Assembly (NCBI GenBank): GCA_048885865.1 | Contig: JBHLLF010000001.1 | Coordinates: forward strand, 135,457 to 199,456 | Source: Candidatus Hermodarchaeota archaeon | GTDB taxonomy: Archaea; Asgardarchaeota; Thorarchaeia; Thorarchaeales; Thorarchaeaceae | DNA length: 64,000 nt | Reading direction: 5' to 3' | Made by a program: the position numbers and the translations under genes | Part shown: piece by piece, positions 36,871 through 47,014 of the stretch | Layout: each line of letters opens with the position of its first letter | How positions within the stretch are numbered: the stretch's first letter is position 1 | The notes under the pieces: model-generated | What the model was told of the DNA's origin: nothing | What the model saw: the letters and a program-made list of their open reading frames with translations, nothing else | Database searches by the model: none

Positions 36871-38454
36871 TTAACGGAATGAGTTCATCGCACGGACTCC
36901 TGCTTCTAGAAACGTGAATACAATTGTCAATGTGAAGAACGGAAGCGCGACAAGTATCAGTTGGTCATGAGCTAATGCAGCAACCAAGCCGATCAAAGCT
37001 GCACCCAATGTGAGGTTGACTACTGGAAATGAAAATGCCAAAGGAACGGGCAGTACCTTTGGGTCATTTGTGATAACTGGGACATATGCACCGATAGCTA
37101 CACCAGTAGCTGTAAACATCAGAATCAGAGGAGCTGCTAGAGTAAGCAAAGACGCAAAACCTTCCACACGGAAGAAATAGGATATGAACCCTAGAACTGG
37201 AATTGACGCCAGTCCTACCTCAATGAGACTAAGTAGATATTTCGCGAGAATTATATCCATGGGCTTGAACGGACTCGCCTTCAGGAGGTAGATGTTTTCT
37301 TGTTCATCTACGAAACTAAGGAGACTAGTAACACTGCTAAGCTGTATCAAGAGAAGCACAATGAGCAGAAAGGCTGGGATTGCTGTTGAGCTGAGCGCAG
37401 GAGGAATCTGAAGGGGAGCGAGGTTGGCAGGTCGAAATGCGTTGATATATACTACGAAGATTGTCCCGAAGATGACATAGACATATTTCCAGATCTGAAG
37501 GGGGCTCCGCATTCTAGACCAAAAGTCTTTGAGCATAATCCATGACATCGGGTCCGAAAATCTGGTTTGTGTGAAGTCGACTTGGCCTCTGACAATTCTG
37601 CTGAAGCGGCCCTCGACTTTTTCTCTACCTACTGCGGCCGCAAAGACCTCGTAGTAGTCGAAATCGCATAGGGCAGCTAGGAAAAGAAATGAGATGAGAA
37701 AACCAAGAATGAGGAAAACTAGACCCAAGTTTGGACCATATCCCCAAGCCAAAATCCCCGTGACTTCAGTCACTATGAAAGCATAGGCGTTCGATGGAAA
37801 CAGAATGGTTTCTGGGTAGCTTCCCGTTATCTGAGGGAGCGTTGGGAGAATTGCGGCTAATCCGAAAACAGCAACTAGGATATGCCTTGCAGGATTGCGA
37901 GTGCGCTGCTGAACCTTGATCCTAAGGTAGGATGCAATACTTCCCAGGAAGTAGTTCACTTCAAAATACACAATTGTAGTGACAAGAAGCAGAAACACAG
38001 GAATGAACAAGAGGTTTGCCGAGGTCACTATAGGCAATATTGCAATGACTCCTGCAATAACAAAGACGAGTTTTCGAACAAATCTCCGAATGTATCTACT
38101 CATGAATAGCTGAAATGGCTTAACAGGCGCGCCAAGGATAATTGACTCATCATCATCGGTCAATGAAGCAGCGACACCGATTCCGAAATATCCCCCCACG
38201 ACAGATGATAATGTCAGGATTCCCATTCCGGCGAATAATGTCCCACGTTCAAGAACATCCTCAATCATCGCCCCAGCCATGTATACTACTCCTTGAAAGC
38301 TCAAAACTGTGGTTAATATTGCACTGACAAAATACACACCAATAATGGTAATTCCATAGAACATCAACATCGATGGAGTTCTAATAGCGCGCTTGAACTG
38401 GTTCCACAACATCCTGACTTCATTTCTAGCCAGTGCATAAGTAGTGTTGACCAA
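36871..38454 (-). CDS. ABC-2-type exporter permease (polytopic membrane protein).
   Basis: 527 aa with ≥10 TMs. It lies immediately downstream of, and is co-oriented with, the ABC ATPase gene. Confidence 0.55.
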   Translation of the reverse strand: MVNTTYALARNEVRMLWNQFKRAIRTPSMLMFYGITIIGVYFVSAILTTVLSFQGVVYMAGAMIEDVLERGTLFAGMGILTLSSVVGGYFGIGVAASLTDDDESIILGAPVKPFQLFMSRYIRRFVRKLVFVIAGVIAILPIVTSANLLFIPVFLLLVTTIVYFEVNYFLGSIASYLRIKVQQRTRNPARHILVAVFGLAAILPTLPQITGSYPETILFPSNAYAFIVTEVTGILAWGYGPNLGLVFLILGFLISFLFLAALCDFDYYEVFAAAVGREKVEGRFSRIVRGQVDFTQTRFSDPMSWIMLKDFWSRMRSPLQIWKYVYVIFGTIFVVYINAFRPANLAPLQIPPALSSTAIPAFLLIVLLLIQLSSVTSLLSFVDEQENIYLLKASPFKPMDIILAKYLLSLIEVGLASIPVLGFISYFFRVEGFASLLTLAAPLILMFTATGVAIGAYVPVITNDPKVLPVPLAFSFPVVNLTLGAALIGLVAALAHDQLILVALPFFTLTIVFTFLEAGVRAMNSFR

Positions 38455-38473
38455 GTTCGATCACCTGCATACG

Positions 38474-39385
38474 CTATTCTGGGATTCCTCCGGTAAGTTC
38501 GAGAAAGACTTCTTCCAGATTCGTTGCACGCTTGCCCTCATTGAGCAGCTCTTTCAGAGTCCCGCGCCCTACGACCTTTGCTTCATTCATTATGACAAAT
38601 CTATCACACAGACTTTCAGCTACCTCCAAGATATGAGTGGATATGAGAATGGCTGACTTCTCTTTCTTCAGATCATTGAGATGTGCTTTGAGGCTCCAAG
38701 CACCACGCGGGTCAAGTCCATAGATTGGCTCGTCGAAAGCCAGCACGAAAGGTGGCTCTCTAACAAATATACCAACCAAGAGGGCTCTTTGCAGATTTCC
38801 CTTGGAGAGCGTTCCAATGTAGTTATCTAAATACTCCCGAAGCTGGAACATGTCAAGATAGTGACTCATGCGAACTAGCGTTTCTTCATTTGGGACATCA
38901 TAAATCCGACCCATGAACATCAGGTATTCTCTTACCGTTAAACTAGGATAGCAGGTGGGTTTCTCTGGAATATATCCGATTAGGTCTTTCGCTGGAATTG
39001 GCGATTTCTGGATATCATGGCCACCAACATAGACTTCTCCTCCACTCGGCTTGATGATTCCTGTTAGGACACGTAGTGTTGTTGTTTTGCCTGCGCCATT
39101 TGGTCCCACAAGACCAACAATCTCTCCAGGAGAGACCTTGAGGTCTAGTTTATCCACTGCCAGTGTCTTACTGAAGCGCTTGGACATTCCCTTTATTTCT
39201 ACGGCAGGATTAGGCAACATCTTCGGTTTGTCAAGTCTCTTGTCCTTTCTCTCCTGCATGGCATTAGTCAATTCTTCGACAAGCCAGCTTCGTTTCACAG
39301 TGCGACTGGCGATTGGCACTTTCAGAATTCGTGCAAGTCTGACAAGTTCTTCATCGGTCATACTCTGAATCACAGAGAGTTCCAC
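38474..39385 (-). CDS. ABC transporter ATP-binding protein with an N-terminal Rho_N-like helical module.
   Basis: Walker A 'GPNGAGKTTT', signature 'LSKGNLQRAL', Walker B 'LAFDEP'. The N-terminal 'MTDEELVRLARILKVPIASRTVKRSWLVEEL' resembles the Rho N-terminal motif. Confidence 0.85.
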   Translation of the reverse strand: MELSVIQSMTDEELVRLARILKVPIASRTVKRSWLVEELTNAMQERKDKRLDKPKMLPNPAVEIKGMSKRFSKTLAVDKLDLKVSPGEIVGLVGPNGAGKTTTLRVLTGIIKPSGGEVYVGGHDIQKSPIPAKDLIGYIPEKPTCYPSLTVREYLMFMGRIYDVPNEETLVRMSHYLDMFQLREYLDNYIGTLSKGNLQRALLVGIFVREPPFVLAFDEPIYGLDPRGAWSLKAHLNDLKKEKSAILISTHILEVAESLCDRFVIMNEAKVVGRGTLKELLNEGKRATNLEEVFLELTGGIPE

Positions 39386-39497
39386 ACTCAGTCGAAACGC
39401 CTCCAGATCACTATCTTAATGAGCAGTCAATTGTCCAGACGTGGATTCATGACATAATAAGTCATGGGTACAAGTATTATCCATTGAAAAGCAAGGC

Positions 39498-40202
39498 TCA
39501 GTATTCTTGCACGTATGGAATAACTTGTCGGAACTCGAGCAACCAATTTTTGACTTCTGTCACTAGTGGGTAGACCTCTACTCCTTTCTTATGAGCACTC
39601 TCGAGCTCAAGTGCGAATTCAGGATCTGTGTCCGCCTTTGGAGAGAAGACTTTTGCATCAGGTCTTTGGATGACAAAGACAACTGCAGCCCTGTTAGCCG
39701 ATCCATCTTGAAGTGACCTGGCAAGATTTCTGAGATGTCTTGCTCCCCTTTCCGTTGGCGCATCTGGAAAGAGGGCATGTCCATCCTCAACTAGTGTGCA
39801 GGACTTGACCTCAATGAATGTGGTTCCCTTCGCACCTTCCAACTTGAAGTCGAAGCGACCATCATAGATCCGAGGCTCAGGAATTACAGTATCATAAGGC
39901 AGAAACCAGTCAAAGGCATGATTCAGTAGGTTTGATTTCATGAAGCGGTTAGGCAGATTGGAGTCAATAGAGATTAGGACTCCATCGTGGGAAACACCGA
40001 TCATGTCATACTCTGTCTTGCGATGGGCTCCGGATTTGCGTCGAAGGTAGACCTGCCTCCTAGGAATCATCAATTCATGCATCCTGCCAGGATTAGGAAT
40101 GAATACTTCTATGATTCTCCGATTGAGCTCGACTCTTCCAAGAAATCTATTCGGTCTTTCGATAAACTGAGCTTCTACTACATCACCATCTGCTACCATC
40201 AT
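39498..40202 (-). CDS. sfsA: SfsA (sugar fermentation stimulation protein A) family nuclease-fold DNA-binding protein.
   Basis: Trimmed to the MMVADGD start. 'FIERPNRFLGRVEL...IEVFIPNPGRM', 'PDAPTERGARHL' and 'PEFALELESA' are conserved SfsA blocks. Confidence 0.75.
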   Translation of the reverse strand: MMVADGDVVEAQFIERPNRFLGRVELNRRIIEVFIPNPGRMHELMIPRRQVYLRRKSGAHRKTEYDMIGVSHDGVLISIDSNLPNRFMKSNLLNHAFDWFLPYDTVIPEPRIYDGRFDFKLEGAKGTTFIEVKSCTLVEDGHALFPDAPTERGARHLRNLARSLQDGSANRAAVVFVIQRPDAKVFSPKADTDPEFALELESAHKKGVEVYPLVTEVKNWLLEFRQVIPYVQEY

Positions 40203-40272
40203 GAGACGAGTGTGATGAGTGAGTGTTGCACATTGCTCTTCCGGTCTGGCAATCAACTATCGTGCCACCATT

Positions 40273-41358
40273 TCAGAAGAATTCAGAAAGAGTCGATTGA
40301 GTACTTCCTTCGGAGAGTCCCGATACTTTCACACCAATGAGTCTCAGGTACTTATCCGGATTCCTCTTTCTTTCAAAGATTTCAACTGCGATTTGCTGGA
40401 GCATATCTTGGTCATCGGTTTCCACTGGAATTGACTTACTTCTCTGTATAGTTGAGTAATCTGCATATCGCATCTTGACAGTGACCGTCTTGAACTTGAG
40501 AGATTTCTGTCGAAGCCGGTCACCTATCCTTCCACACATTCTCGTAATTGTACCATGAAGGAAGTCTAACTCGTCTGGATCAACATCCTCCATGAACGTG
40601 AAGTCCTTTGATATTGACTTCCTTATACGAGGTCCATTATCTAGTAAGGGTCGATCATCTATTCCATGTGCCCGATTGTATAACCAGCGCGACCCTCTTC
40701 CCATAATAGGCCAGAGGTCCGTGATTGTCATCTCATGTATCTGTCCAAGCGTTTCTATGTCATGTTTACGAAGTCTTTGGGCAGTTTTTGCACCAACTCC
40801 ATTGAGTGCATCAACAGGCAATGGAGCTAGAAATCTCAGTACTTCCTCGGGGTCATTACCCACCAGTGTGATTCCTAGAGGTTTATTCATACCCGTGGCA
40901 ATTTTGGCTACGCTCATGTTCGGAGCTACACCTATTGAACAAGGCAGCTTTGTCTGCAATCGGATTTCACTTTGGATCGTCTGTGCTAATGAGTAGGGCC
41001 CTTCATAGTCTCGAACAAGCTCAGTTGCTTCTATGTAGGCCTCATCGATGCTGGCTCTTCGCACCCTGCCTTCGTCTGAGAAGCTTCGAAGGACATGCAT
41101 TACTTCTGCAGAAGCTTCACTGTATGATGAGAACTCGCCAGACACGAAAACAGCATCTGGACATAAACGATATGCCTTCGAAACCGGCATCCCCGAGTGA
41201 ATGCCAAATGCCCTTGCTTCATAGGACGCGGTTCTCACCACGCCTCGCCCACGACCACCCTTTGGATCATGACCCACGCAGACTGGCAATCCAGCTAACT
41301 CAGGATGATTTCGGTACTGTTCTACCGCGGCAAAGAACGCATCCATATCTACGTGCAT
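40273..41358 (-). CDS. dinB: DNA polymerase IV (Y-family, Dpo4/DinB).
   Basis: Trimmed to MHVDMDAFFAAVE (the track ORF has a ~100-aa N-terminal extension without a plausible start context). 'SIDEAYI', 'ASIGVAPN..AK' and the little-finger domain are present. Confidence 0.85.
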   Translation of the reverse strand: MHVDMDAFFAAVEQYRNHPELAGLPVCVGHDPKGGRGRGVVRTASYEARAFGIHSGMPVSKAYRLCPDAVFVSGEFSSYSEASAEVMHVLRSFSDEGRVRRASIDEAYIEATELVRDYEGPYSLAQTIQSEIRLQTKLPCSIGVAPNMSVAKIATGMNKPLGITLVGNDPEEVLRFLAPLPVDALNGVGAKTAQRLRKHDIETLGQIHEMTITDLWPIMGRGSRWLYNRAHGIDDRPLLDNGPRIRKSISKDFTFMEDVDPDELDFLHGTITRMCGRIGDRLRQKSLKFKTVTVKMRYADYSTIQRSKSIPVETDDQDMLQQIAVEIFERKRNPDKYLRLIGVKVSGLSEGSTQSTLSEFF

Positions 41359-41568
41359 TATCCAGCGTTCCAACTTGTTTCCCGAGTCTTTACTATCCGA
41401 AACTGTTTTTGCATTTCTCCAGTCCTTTATACTATTGGACGAATTATTCGCGGACGGGGAGTTGACCGAACCTATTGCTCTTCCAACAGAGTGATATGGA
41501 CCATCTATAGGCCAAGCGAGTATTCTGGAGGAACACATTTGACCGATTTTGACAGGCTTTCTCAGCAG

Positions 41569-42147
41569 ATGCGTTTTATTGTGGAGATAGACAAACTCAA
41601 ACATGTTGTTCGGCAGTCCGCCTTGACTGATGGCACACGGCAAGAGAACGACTCTGAGCACTCCTGGCACATTGCAGCCATGGCTGTCCTTCTCTCGGAA
41701 TATTCCAATACTCCGGATCTTGACCTTCTCAAAGTCGTTAAGATGCTTCTAATCCATGACCTTGTAGAGATAGATGCTGGTGACACATTTCTCTACGATG
41801 TCATGGGCAATTCCACTAAAGCCAGAAGAGAGCAAGCAGCTGCAGCAAGGATATTTGGATTGCTACCCGACGACCAAGCCAAAGAAATGCTCTTGCTTTG
41901 GGAGGAATATGAGGCACGAGAAAGTCCAGAAGCCAAGTTCGCTTTTGCTATGGATGCAATTCAGCCTCTCATCCTCAGCTTTCACAATAAGGGATGGTCA
42001 TGGAAGAAGCATGGTATTGTCAAATCTCAGATTGTGGACAAGAAGAAACCCCTGAAGATTGGTTCAGAGAAACTTTGGGAATATGCCCAAACATTGATTG
42101 CAGAAGCTGTGGATGAAGGCTTTCTTATTGATGATGAGGTAGCCTAG
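41569..42147 (+). CDS. HD-domain phosphohydrolase (YfbR-like 5'-deoxynucleotidase family).
   Basis: Trimmed to the in-frame MRFIVE ATG, which avoids overlap with dinB. 'DSEHSWH' (H...HD motif) and 'LLIHDLVEIDAGD'. Confidence 0.7.
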   Translation: MRFIVEIDKLKHVVRQSALTDGTRQENDSEHSWHIAAMAVLLSEYSNTPDLDLLKVVKMLLIHDLVEIDAGDTFLYDVMGNSTKARREQAAAARIFGLLPDDQAKEMLLLWEEYEARESPEAKFAFAMDAIQPLILSFHNKGWSWKKHGIVKSQIVDKKKPLKIGSEKLWEYAQTLIAEAVDEGFLIDDEVA

Positions 42148-43136
42148 ACGGCATACTGTGAGAAGAACGGCTCCAAGTCCACGTTTCCTCCGCTAAGAAT
42201 GACTCCAATCCGTCTTTCTTTCAGCTGATCGCATATCTGCAAAAGAGCCGCAAGAGAAACGGCACCTGAGGGTTCTACGACGATTTTCATTCTTTCCCAG
42301 AGCAGACGCATTGCTCTCACGATTTCTTGATCACTCACTGTGACTATTCTGTCTACATTCTTCCGGATTATTGAGAAGGTCAATTCGGAGAGTGAAGTTA
42401 GAAGTCCATCAGCGATGGTGTGTGGATTCACCGAGGGGTGAATCTTTCCAGCTGTAAATGATCGATACGCGTCATCAGCACCCTTTGGTTCTCCTGCAAT
42501 GACATGAGCCTCAGGCAGGAGACCTTTGGTAGCAATGGAAGTGCCGCTCAATAGCCCTCCGCCTCCAACAGGCACGAAAACTATGTCAAGAGATCCTATT
42601 TCCTTAATGAGCTCGTATGCAGCTGTCCCTGCTCCAGCAATTATGTTGGGGTTGTCATAGGGATGTACGAGAGTATATCCATGTTTCTCAATTAACGCCG
42701 CAGCAGTGCTCTGCCGGGATGCCAATGTTGGCTCACATACCACGACCTCTGCACCATAACCTTTGGTGGCTTCCATCTTCACTGCAGGAGAACTGCTTGG
42801 CATCACCACCGTGCATCTCACGTCTTGTTTTGATGCCGCTAGTGCTAGAGCTTGAGCGTGATTCCCCGAGGAATGAGTTATCACCCCTCTCTTGCGCTCC
42901 TCTTCGCCCAGCAATGAAATCGCATTGAAGGCGCCGCGGAACTTGAACGCTCCAACGCGCTGGAAGTTCTCACACTTAAAGAAGACCTCGGAGCTGGTGA
43001 GTTTATCAATGGTAGTTGAAGTCATGACGGGAGTCTTTACAACAGAATCTTTGATTCTCCCATATGCAGCTTCAACATCAGAAAAGCCTACCATAGCTGG
43101 AAGGCTCTGCATCCTGCAGAAAAGGATTGCTTTCAT
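42144..43136 (-). CDS. PLP-dependent threonine/serine dehydratase (fold type II; serine-racemase-like).
   Basis: 'FKFRGAFNAISLL' contains the PLP Lys. Also 'SSGNHAQALALAA' and 'GGGGLLSG'. At ~320 aa it belongs to the catabolic/short form. Confidence 0.8.
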   Translation of the reverse strand: MKAILFCRMQSLPAMVGFSDVEAAYGRIKDSVVKTPVMTSTTIDKLTSSEVFFKCENFQRVGAFKFRGAFNAISLLGEEERKRGVITHSSGNHAQALALAASKQDVRCTVVMPSSSPAVKMEATKGYGAEVVVCEPTLASRQSTAAALIEKHGYTLVHPYDNPNIIAGAGTAAYELIKEIGSLDIVFVPVGGGGLLSGTSIATKGLLPEAHVIAGEPKGADDAYRSFTAGKIHPSVNPHTIADGLLTSLSELTFSIIRKNVDRIVTVSDQEIVRAMRLLWERMKIVVEPSGAVSLAALLQICDQLKERRIGVILSGGNVDLEPFFSQYAV

Positions 43137-43225
43137 TCATTGACGACATTCGAAAAGCTTAATCCTCGCCATTGACGAATGACTCGAATCAGTGAATCAG
43201 TATTTTCCAGGAGTATGATTTCTAG

Positions 43226-43966
43226 ATGAGTAACAAGTTCCTGAGTTCACAAATGGATTACATCCGAGTTCTTGCTGTTATTGTAATCTTGGGACTGGAA
43301 GCAATTGCTGCATTTACAGGAATAACAAATCCCTGGTTTCTAGGTGCCTCAATCGCTCTAGTGATGCTGGCTATTATCAACTATATTGATGTTCAATCTC
43401 AAGAGTGGTCACGCTATGCATTGTTTCTCCTAGCAGCAATGATTTTTGGCTCAATTGGCGATTTCTTGATGGCGGATATCTTCCGTATCACACCAATCCC
43501 TGTCTTGAATGGCATAATCTTTTTCGGGATTGGTCATATTTTCTATCTCCTGGGCCTTCGAGATAGATCTAGCATGCTCCTCCGATCTCCAGGGAAAAAT
43601 CAGTCCAGATTGATCACAAAGAATCTTGCAATGTGGCTAGTGGTTTCTGTTCTCGTGGTTTTATTTTTCGTGACGACAGTCTTCAATCCAGCAATGTTCG
43701 AGCTAGGAATTGGAATGCTAGGCTATGGTCTTCTTATTGGAACGGTTTTGGCGTTTGCTATCACAAAGTGGTTTGATGACTTTCCATTCACATTTACCTT
43801 CTGCTTATCAATTGGATTTCTCTTCTTCTTCTTCTCAGATTGGTTGCTTGGCTATCATATGATGACAGATGCAAGCTTCCTCTCTGGTCCGTATGTCGGA
43901 TTGACATATATCATCGGGCAGCTACTGATTCACCTATCAACCATGTTTGGTTCAAAAGGAACCTGA
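43226..43966 (+). CDS. Polytopic membrane protein (YhhN-like?).
   Basis: 246 aa with ~8 TMs. The family assignment is tentative. Confidence 0.5.
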   Translation: MSNKFLSSQMDYIRVLAVIVILGLEAIAAFTGITNPWFLGASIALVMLAIINYIDVQSQEWSRYALFLLAAMIFGSIGDFLMADIFRITPIPVLNGIIFFGIGHIFYLLGLRDRSSMLLRSPGKNQSRLITKNLAMWLVVSVLVVLFFVTTVFNPAMFELGIGMLGYGLLIGTVLAFAITKWFDDFPFTFTFCLSIGFLFFFFSDWLLGYHMMTDASFLSGPYVGLTYIIGQLLIHLSTMFGSKGT

Positions 43967-44000
43967 AAGATGAAACATTAGCAACCTTGGTCGTGATACG

Positions 44001-44492
44001 ATGCGAGGCATTCGAAGAAAAGAGAAGGAGATTACTGAAACTGCAGAAATGATTGCTATTCTGAAGCAGGCAAAATACATCACTGTAGCTATGTGTCTTG
44101 ATGATGAGCCATACCTAGCGACGTTGAGTCACGGCTTTGATGTTGAGAATAACTGTATCTACTTCCATTGTGCTCAAGAGGGGAAGAAGGTCGACATTCT
44201 AAAACAGAACAACCTGGTTTGGGGACAGGCTCTGAAGGACGACGGATATGCCACGGGCAAATGTGACCATCTGTATGCGACTACTCAGTTCAGGGGGAGA
44301 GTCATTTTCATTACCGATGAGAATGAGAAGAGGCATGCTCTGAGAGTGATGATTGATCAATTAGAGGAAGCACCGGACGAAGTCTATGCAGAGCAGGTGA
44401 CAGACAAATCAGTCAAGCGAGTGGGCATTGGACGCATTGATATCGAAGAGATGAGCGGCAAGAGGGCCTCGGAGGTAATTATCCAAACGTAG
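44001..44492 (+). CDS. Pyridoxamine 5'-phosphate oxidase-like FMN-binding split-barrel protein.
   Basis: 163 aa. The 'AKYITVAMCLDDEPYLATLSHGFD...IYFHC' pattern is typical of the PNPOx-like family. Confidence 0.6.
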   Translation: MRGIRRKEKEITETAEMIAILKQAKYITVAMCLDDEPYLATLSHGFDVENNCIYFHCAQEGKKVDILKQNNLVWGQALKDDGYATGKCDHLYATTQFRGRVIFITDENEKRHALRVMIDQLEEAPDEVYAEQVTDKSVKRVGIGRIDIEEMSGKRASEVIIQT

Positions 44493-44897
44493 CTAAGGAT
44501 TGTCCGAGAGGGCTTGAAGCACCTCCAATGCTTCCTCGCCATCTTCAAAGGGCACAAAGAGATGGTCATGGTAGTAGGCTGAAACTACATTCACGCTAAT
44601 TCCTTCTTTGGCGAGCTCCGTCGATACCTTTGCAATGAATCCAATCGCCTCAAGGTCTGAGTGGACTGACAATGTGATCAAAGCCCAAGTCGCTAGATAC
44701 TCTAACCCACGGGAATCAGCTATGCCTCTCTCAAGAATGAAGCTGACTCCCTCATCTTCTCTGAACATAAGAAGTGCGTCGTCTTTGAGGTCTTCGATAA
44801 GACTCTCTTCCACCGAAACAAACACGTATTCTACATCTGACAATGTGGGTTCCATAGACCTTAGAAGAGTGCCTAGATCGTGTTCGCCACGCTTCAT
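44493..44897 (-). CDS. ACT-domain protein.
   Basis: 134 aa. Two beta-alpha-beta-beta-alpha-beta ACT-like halves (ALITLSVHSDLEAIGFIAKVSTELAKEGISVNVVSAYYHDHLFV). Confidence 0.55.
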   Translation of the reverse strand: MKRGEHDLGTLLRSMEPTLSDVEYVFVSVEESLIEDLKDDALLMFREDEGVSFILERGIADSRGLEYLATWALITLSVHSDLEAIGFIAKVSTELAKEGISVNVVSAYYHDHLFVPFEDGEEALEVLQALSDNP

Positions 44898-44917
44898 CCA
44901 ATCCCCCTCGCAATGAC

Positions 44918-45433
44918 TTAGCTTCTCTTTCCGCCAAAGGTCTCCCAGGAAACAATTTCATCTAGCGAGCGTCGATTGCTTGTTCTTTCTTGGTCACCAT
45001 AACCTACTGAAACTGAGCAAACAACTCTAAGACCATCAGGCACGTTCAAGAGTTTCCGGAATACAGGCTCGATGTCTGTGTCGCGTACCCCCATCCAGCA
45101 TGTGCTCAATCCCTGCCCGTAAGCGGCTAATAGCATGTTTTGAACAGCATTGTGAGGATCAGCCAAATTATATCTCTGGTGTCGGGCTGGCTCACCAAGG
45201 ACCACAATGACGACAGGTGATTCCTTCATGAATCGTCCATATGTGTGAGCATCAGCGAGTTTTTCACGAGTTGCCTTGTCACGGACTACTATGAAATGCC
45301 AGGGCTGCCTGTTTGAGGCAGAGGGTGCCCATTGTCCAGCCTCCAGAATCACATTCACCTTGTCATCCTCGACCTCAGTGTCTTTGTACTTCCTGATGCT
45401 TCTCCTGTTTCTAATTGCTTCCAGAACATCCAT
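44918..45433 (-). CDS. Nitroreductase-family flavoprotein.
   Basis: Trimmed to MDVLEAIRNRRSIRKY. Carries the classic 'RRSIRKY' and 'APSASNRQPWHFIVV' motifs. Confidence 0.75.
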   Translation of the reverse strand: MDVLEAIRNRRSIRKYKDTEVEDDKVNVILEAGQWAPSASNRQPWHFIVVRDKATREKLADAHTYGRFMKESPVVIVVLGEPARHQRYNLADPHNAVQNMLLAAYGQGLSTCWMGVRDTDIEPVFRKLLNVPDGLRVVCSVSVGYGDQERTSNRRSLDEIVSWETFGGKRS

Positions 45434-45566
45434 GTTTAGTCTTGATGCGAATGATGCATGACCAATATAAGCCATCGCACATGGCAATCGAATGATAATG
45501 TCTTGATGGCAAACCTAAAAGGAGCTGCGTGTTGGCCCAGAATCATCCGGGACGGCGAATTCTACC

Positions 45567-47006
45567 ATGCGAATAAAGACCCACCAAAAATTGTTGACAA
45601 GCGTTGGCGTCGATATTGGCACTTCTACATCACATGTCGTCTTTAGTAGCATCCTTCTTGAAAGAGACCTAAAGAGCCGTACTGAGAAGTTTGAAATCAA
45701 AGAGAAGAAAGTGCTTCACAAGGGGCCCATTCATTTCACGCCCTTCTCTGACCCAGACACAATCGATTTTGAGGCACTCAGGAATCTCATTCTTGCAGAC
45801 TACGCTGATGCTGGTTTCGAGCTTACTCAAATCGATACAGGTGCTGTGATTATCACAGGAGAAACCGCTCGCAAAGAGAACGCTGAGGAAATCGTGGAAG
45901 CTCTCGCAGGTGAAACTGGCAAATTCGTGGCAGCAACAGCAGGCCCCAATTTTGAGAGTGTCTTGGCGGCTCACGGTGCTGGAGCTGTGATGAAGTCGGC
46001 AGAAACGGGTCTGACTATTCTGTCATGCGATATCGGGGGTGGCTCATCTAACATTGCAGTCTGCAGAGATGGGAAGGTAGTCGCGACCGCAGCGATTAAT
46101 GTCGGTGGTCGTTTGGTAGCTACAGATAACGCAGGTACTATCATCCGACTCGAAGAAACCGGAAAGCGAATTGGCGAAAAGGTCGGCCTTACTCTGAGGC
46201 TTGGCCAGTATCTTGACGAACCATCAAAGCGATTGCTAGCACAAGCACTCGCAGATGCCCTAATTGAAGCATTGGAAGGGAAGCAGGAGTCAGAGATCAC
46301 AAAGTCGCTCATGATGACGACACCTCTTGACTTCAAGGACAAAGTGGATGAAGTCATGTTTTCAGGCGGCGTTGCGGAGTTTATCTATGGGCTAGAAATC
46401 AATGAGTATAATGATTTAGGACGATTGCTGGCTCAATCAATTATGAAATTGGTCGATAAATACGAGATTCCCATGGCGGAGCCAGAACACCGCATCCGCG
46501 CAACTGTAATTGGAGCAGGCCAATCAAGTCTTCAAGTGAGCGGGTCAACAACCTTTCTTTCCTCAGGGCTAGAATATCCTCTGAGGAATCTGCCCGTCAT
46601 CACTCCCCATGTACCGAAAGGAAAGACATCAATGGAGAAAGTGCGAGATGCAATCCAGAATGCTCTCAAGAGATTTGATATCAAGGAAGGCATTGACCCT
46701 CTTATTCTTGCTTTTGAGGATGCAGTTCGTCCATCCTATGAGAGCCTCACCGAATTTGCCAAGGGTATTGTAGCTGGTTTGCCTAGAACCACTGCTAATG
46801 GTTCGCCTATTTTGATGTGCTTTGACACAGATATAGGCAATAGTGTCGGAAATGTGATTAAGCGCGAGACTGGGGTGACCAATGAGATTCTTTCCATTGA
46901 TGAGATATCTCTGCATGAAGGTGATTTCGTCGACATTGGCGAGCCTATAATCGAAAACGTCGTGGTTCCAGTAGTCGTGAAGACACTGGTCTTCGAGGAA
47001 CGATAG
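45567..47006 (+). CDS. eutA: EutA-like ASKHA ATPase (ethanolamine ammonia-lyase reactivase family).
   Basis: 'LLTSVGVDIGTSTSHVVFS', 'IDTGAVIITGETARKENA', 'ATAGPNFESVLAAHGAGA' and 'LSCDIGGGSSNIAV' align block-for-block with bacterial EutA. Confidence 0.8.
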   Translation: MRIKTHQKLLTSVGVDIGTSTSHVVFSSILLERDLKSRTEKFEIKEKKVLHKGPIHFTPFSDPDTIDFEALRNLILADYADAGFELTQIDTGAVIITGETARKENAEEIVEALAGETGKFVAATAGPNFESVLAAHGAGAVMKSAETGLTILSCDIGGGSSNIAVCRDGKVVATAAINVGGRLVATDNAGTIIRLEETGKRIGEKVGLTLRLGQYLDEPSKRLLAQALADALIEALEGKQESEITKSLMMTTPLDFKDKVDEVMFSGGVAEFIYGLEINEYNDLGRLLAQSIMKLVDKYEIPMAEPEHRIRATVIGAGQSSLQVSGSTTFLSSGLEYPLRNLPVITPHVPKGKTSMEKVRDAIQNALKRFDIKEGIDPLILAFEDAVRPSYESLTEFAKGIVAGLPRTTANGSPILMCFDTDIGNSVGNVIKRETGVTNEILSIDEISLHEGDFVDIGEPIIENVVVPVVVKTLVFEER

Positions 47007-47014
47007 GAGGGCAA

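Noticed and set aside
40273-41670. The full-length 465-aa track ORF for DinB (N-terminal 104-aa extension) and the overlapping 280-aa ORF 41305-42147.
   Set aside because: The conserved Y-family polymerase begins at MHVDMDAFF (41358). The extension is Ser/Asn-rich and overlaps the divergent HD gene. Both genes were trimmed to internal ATGs, which removes the overlap.
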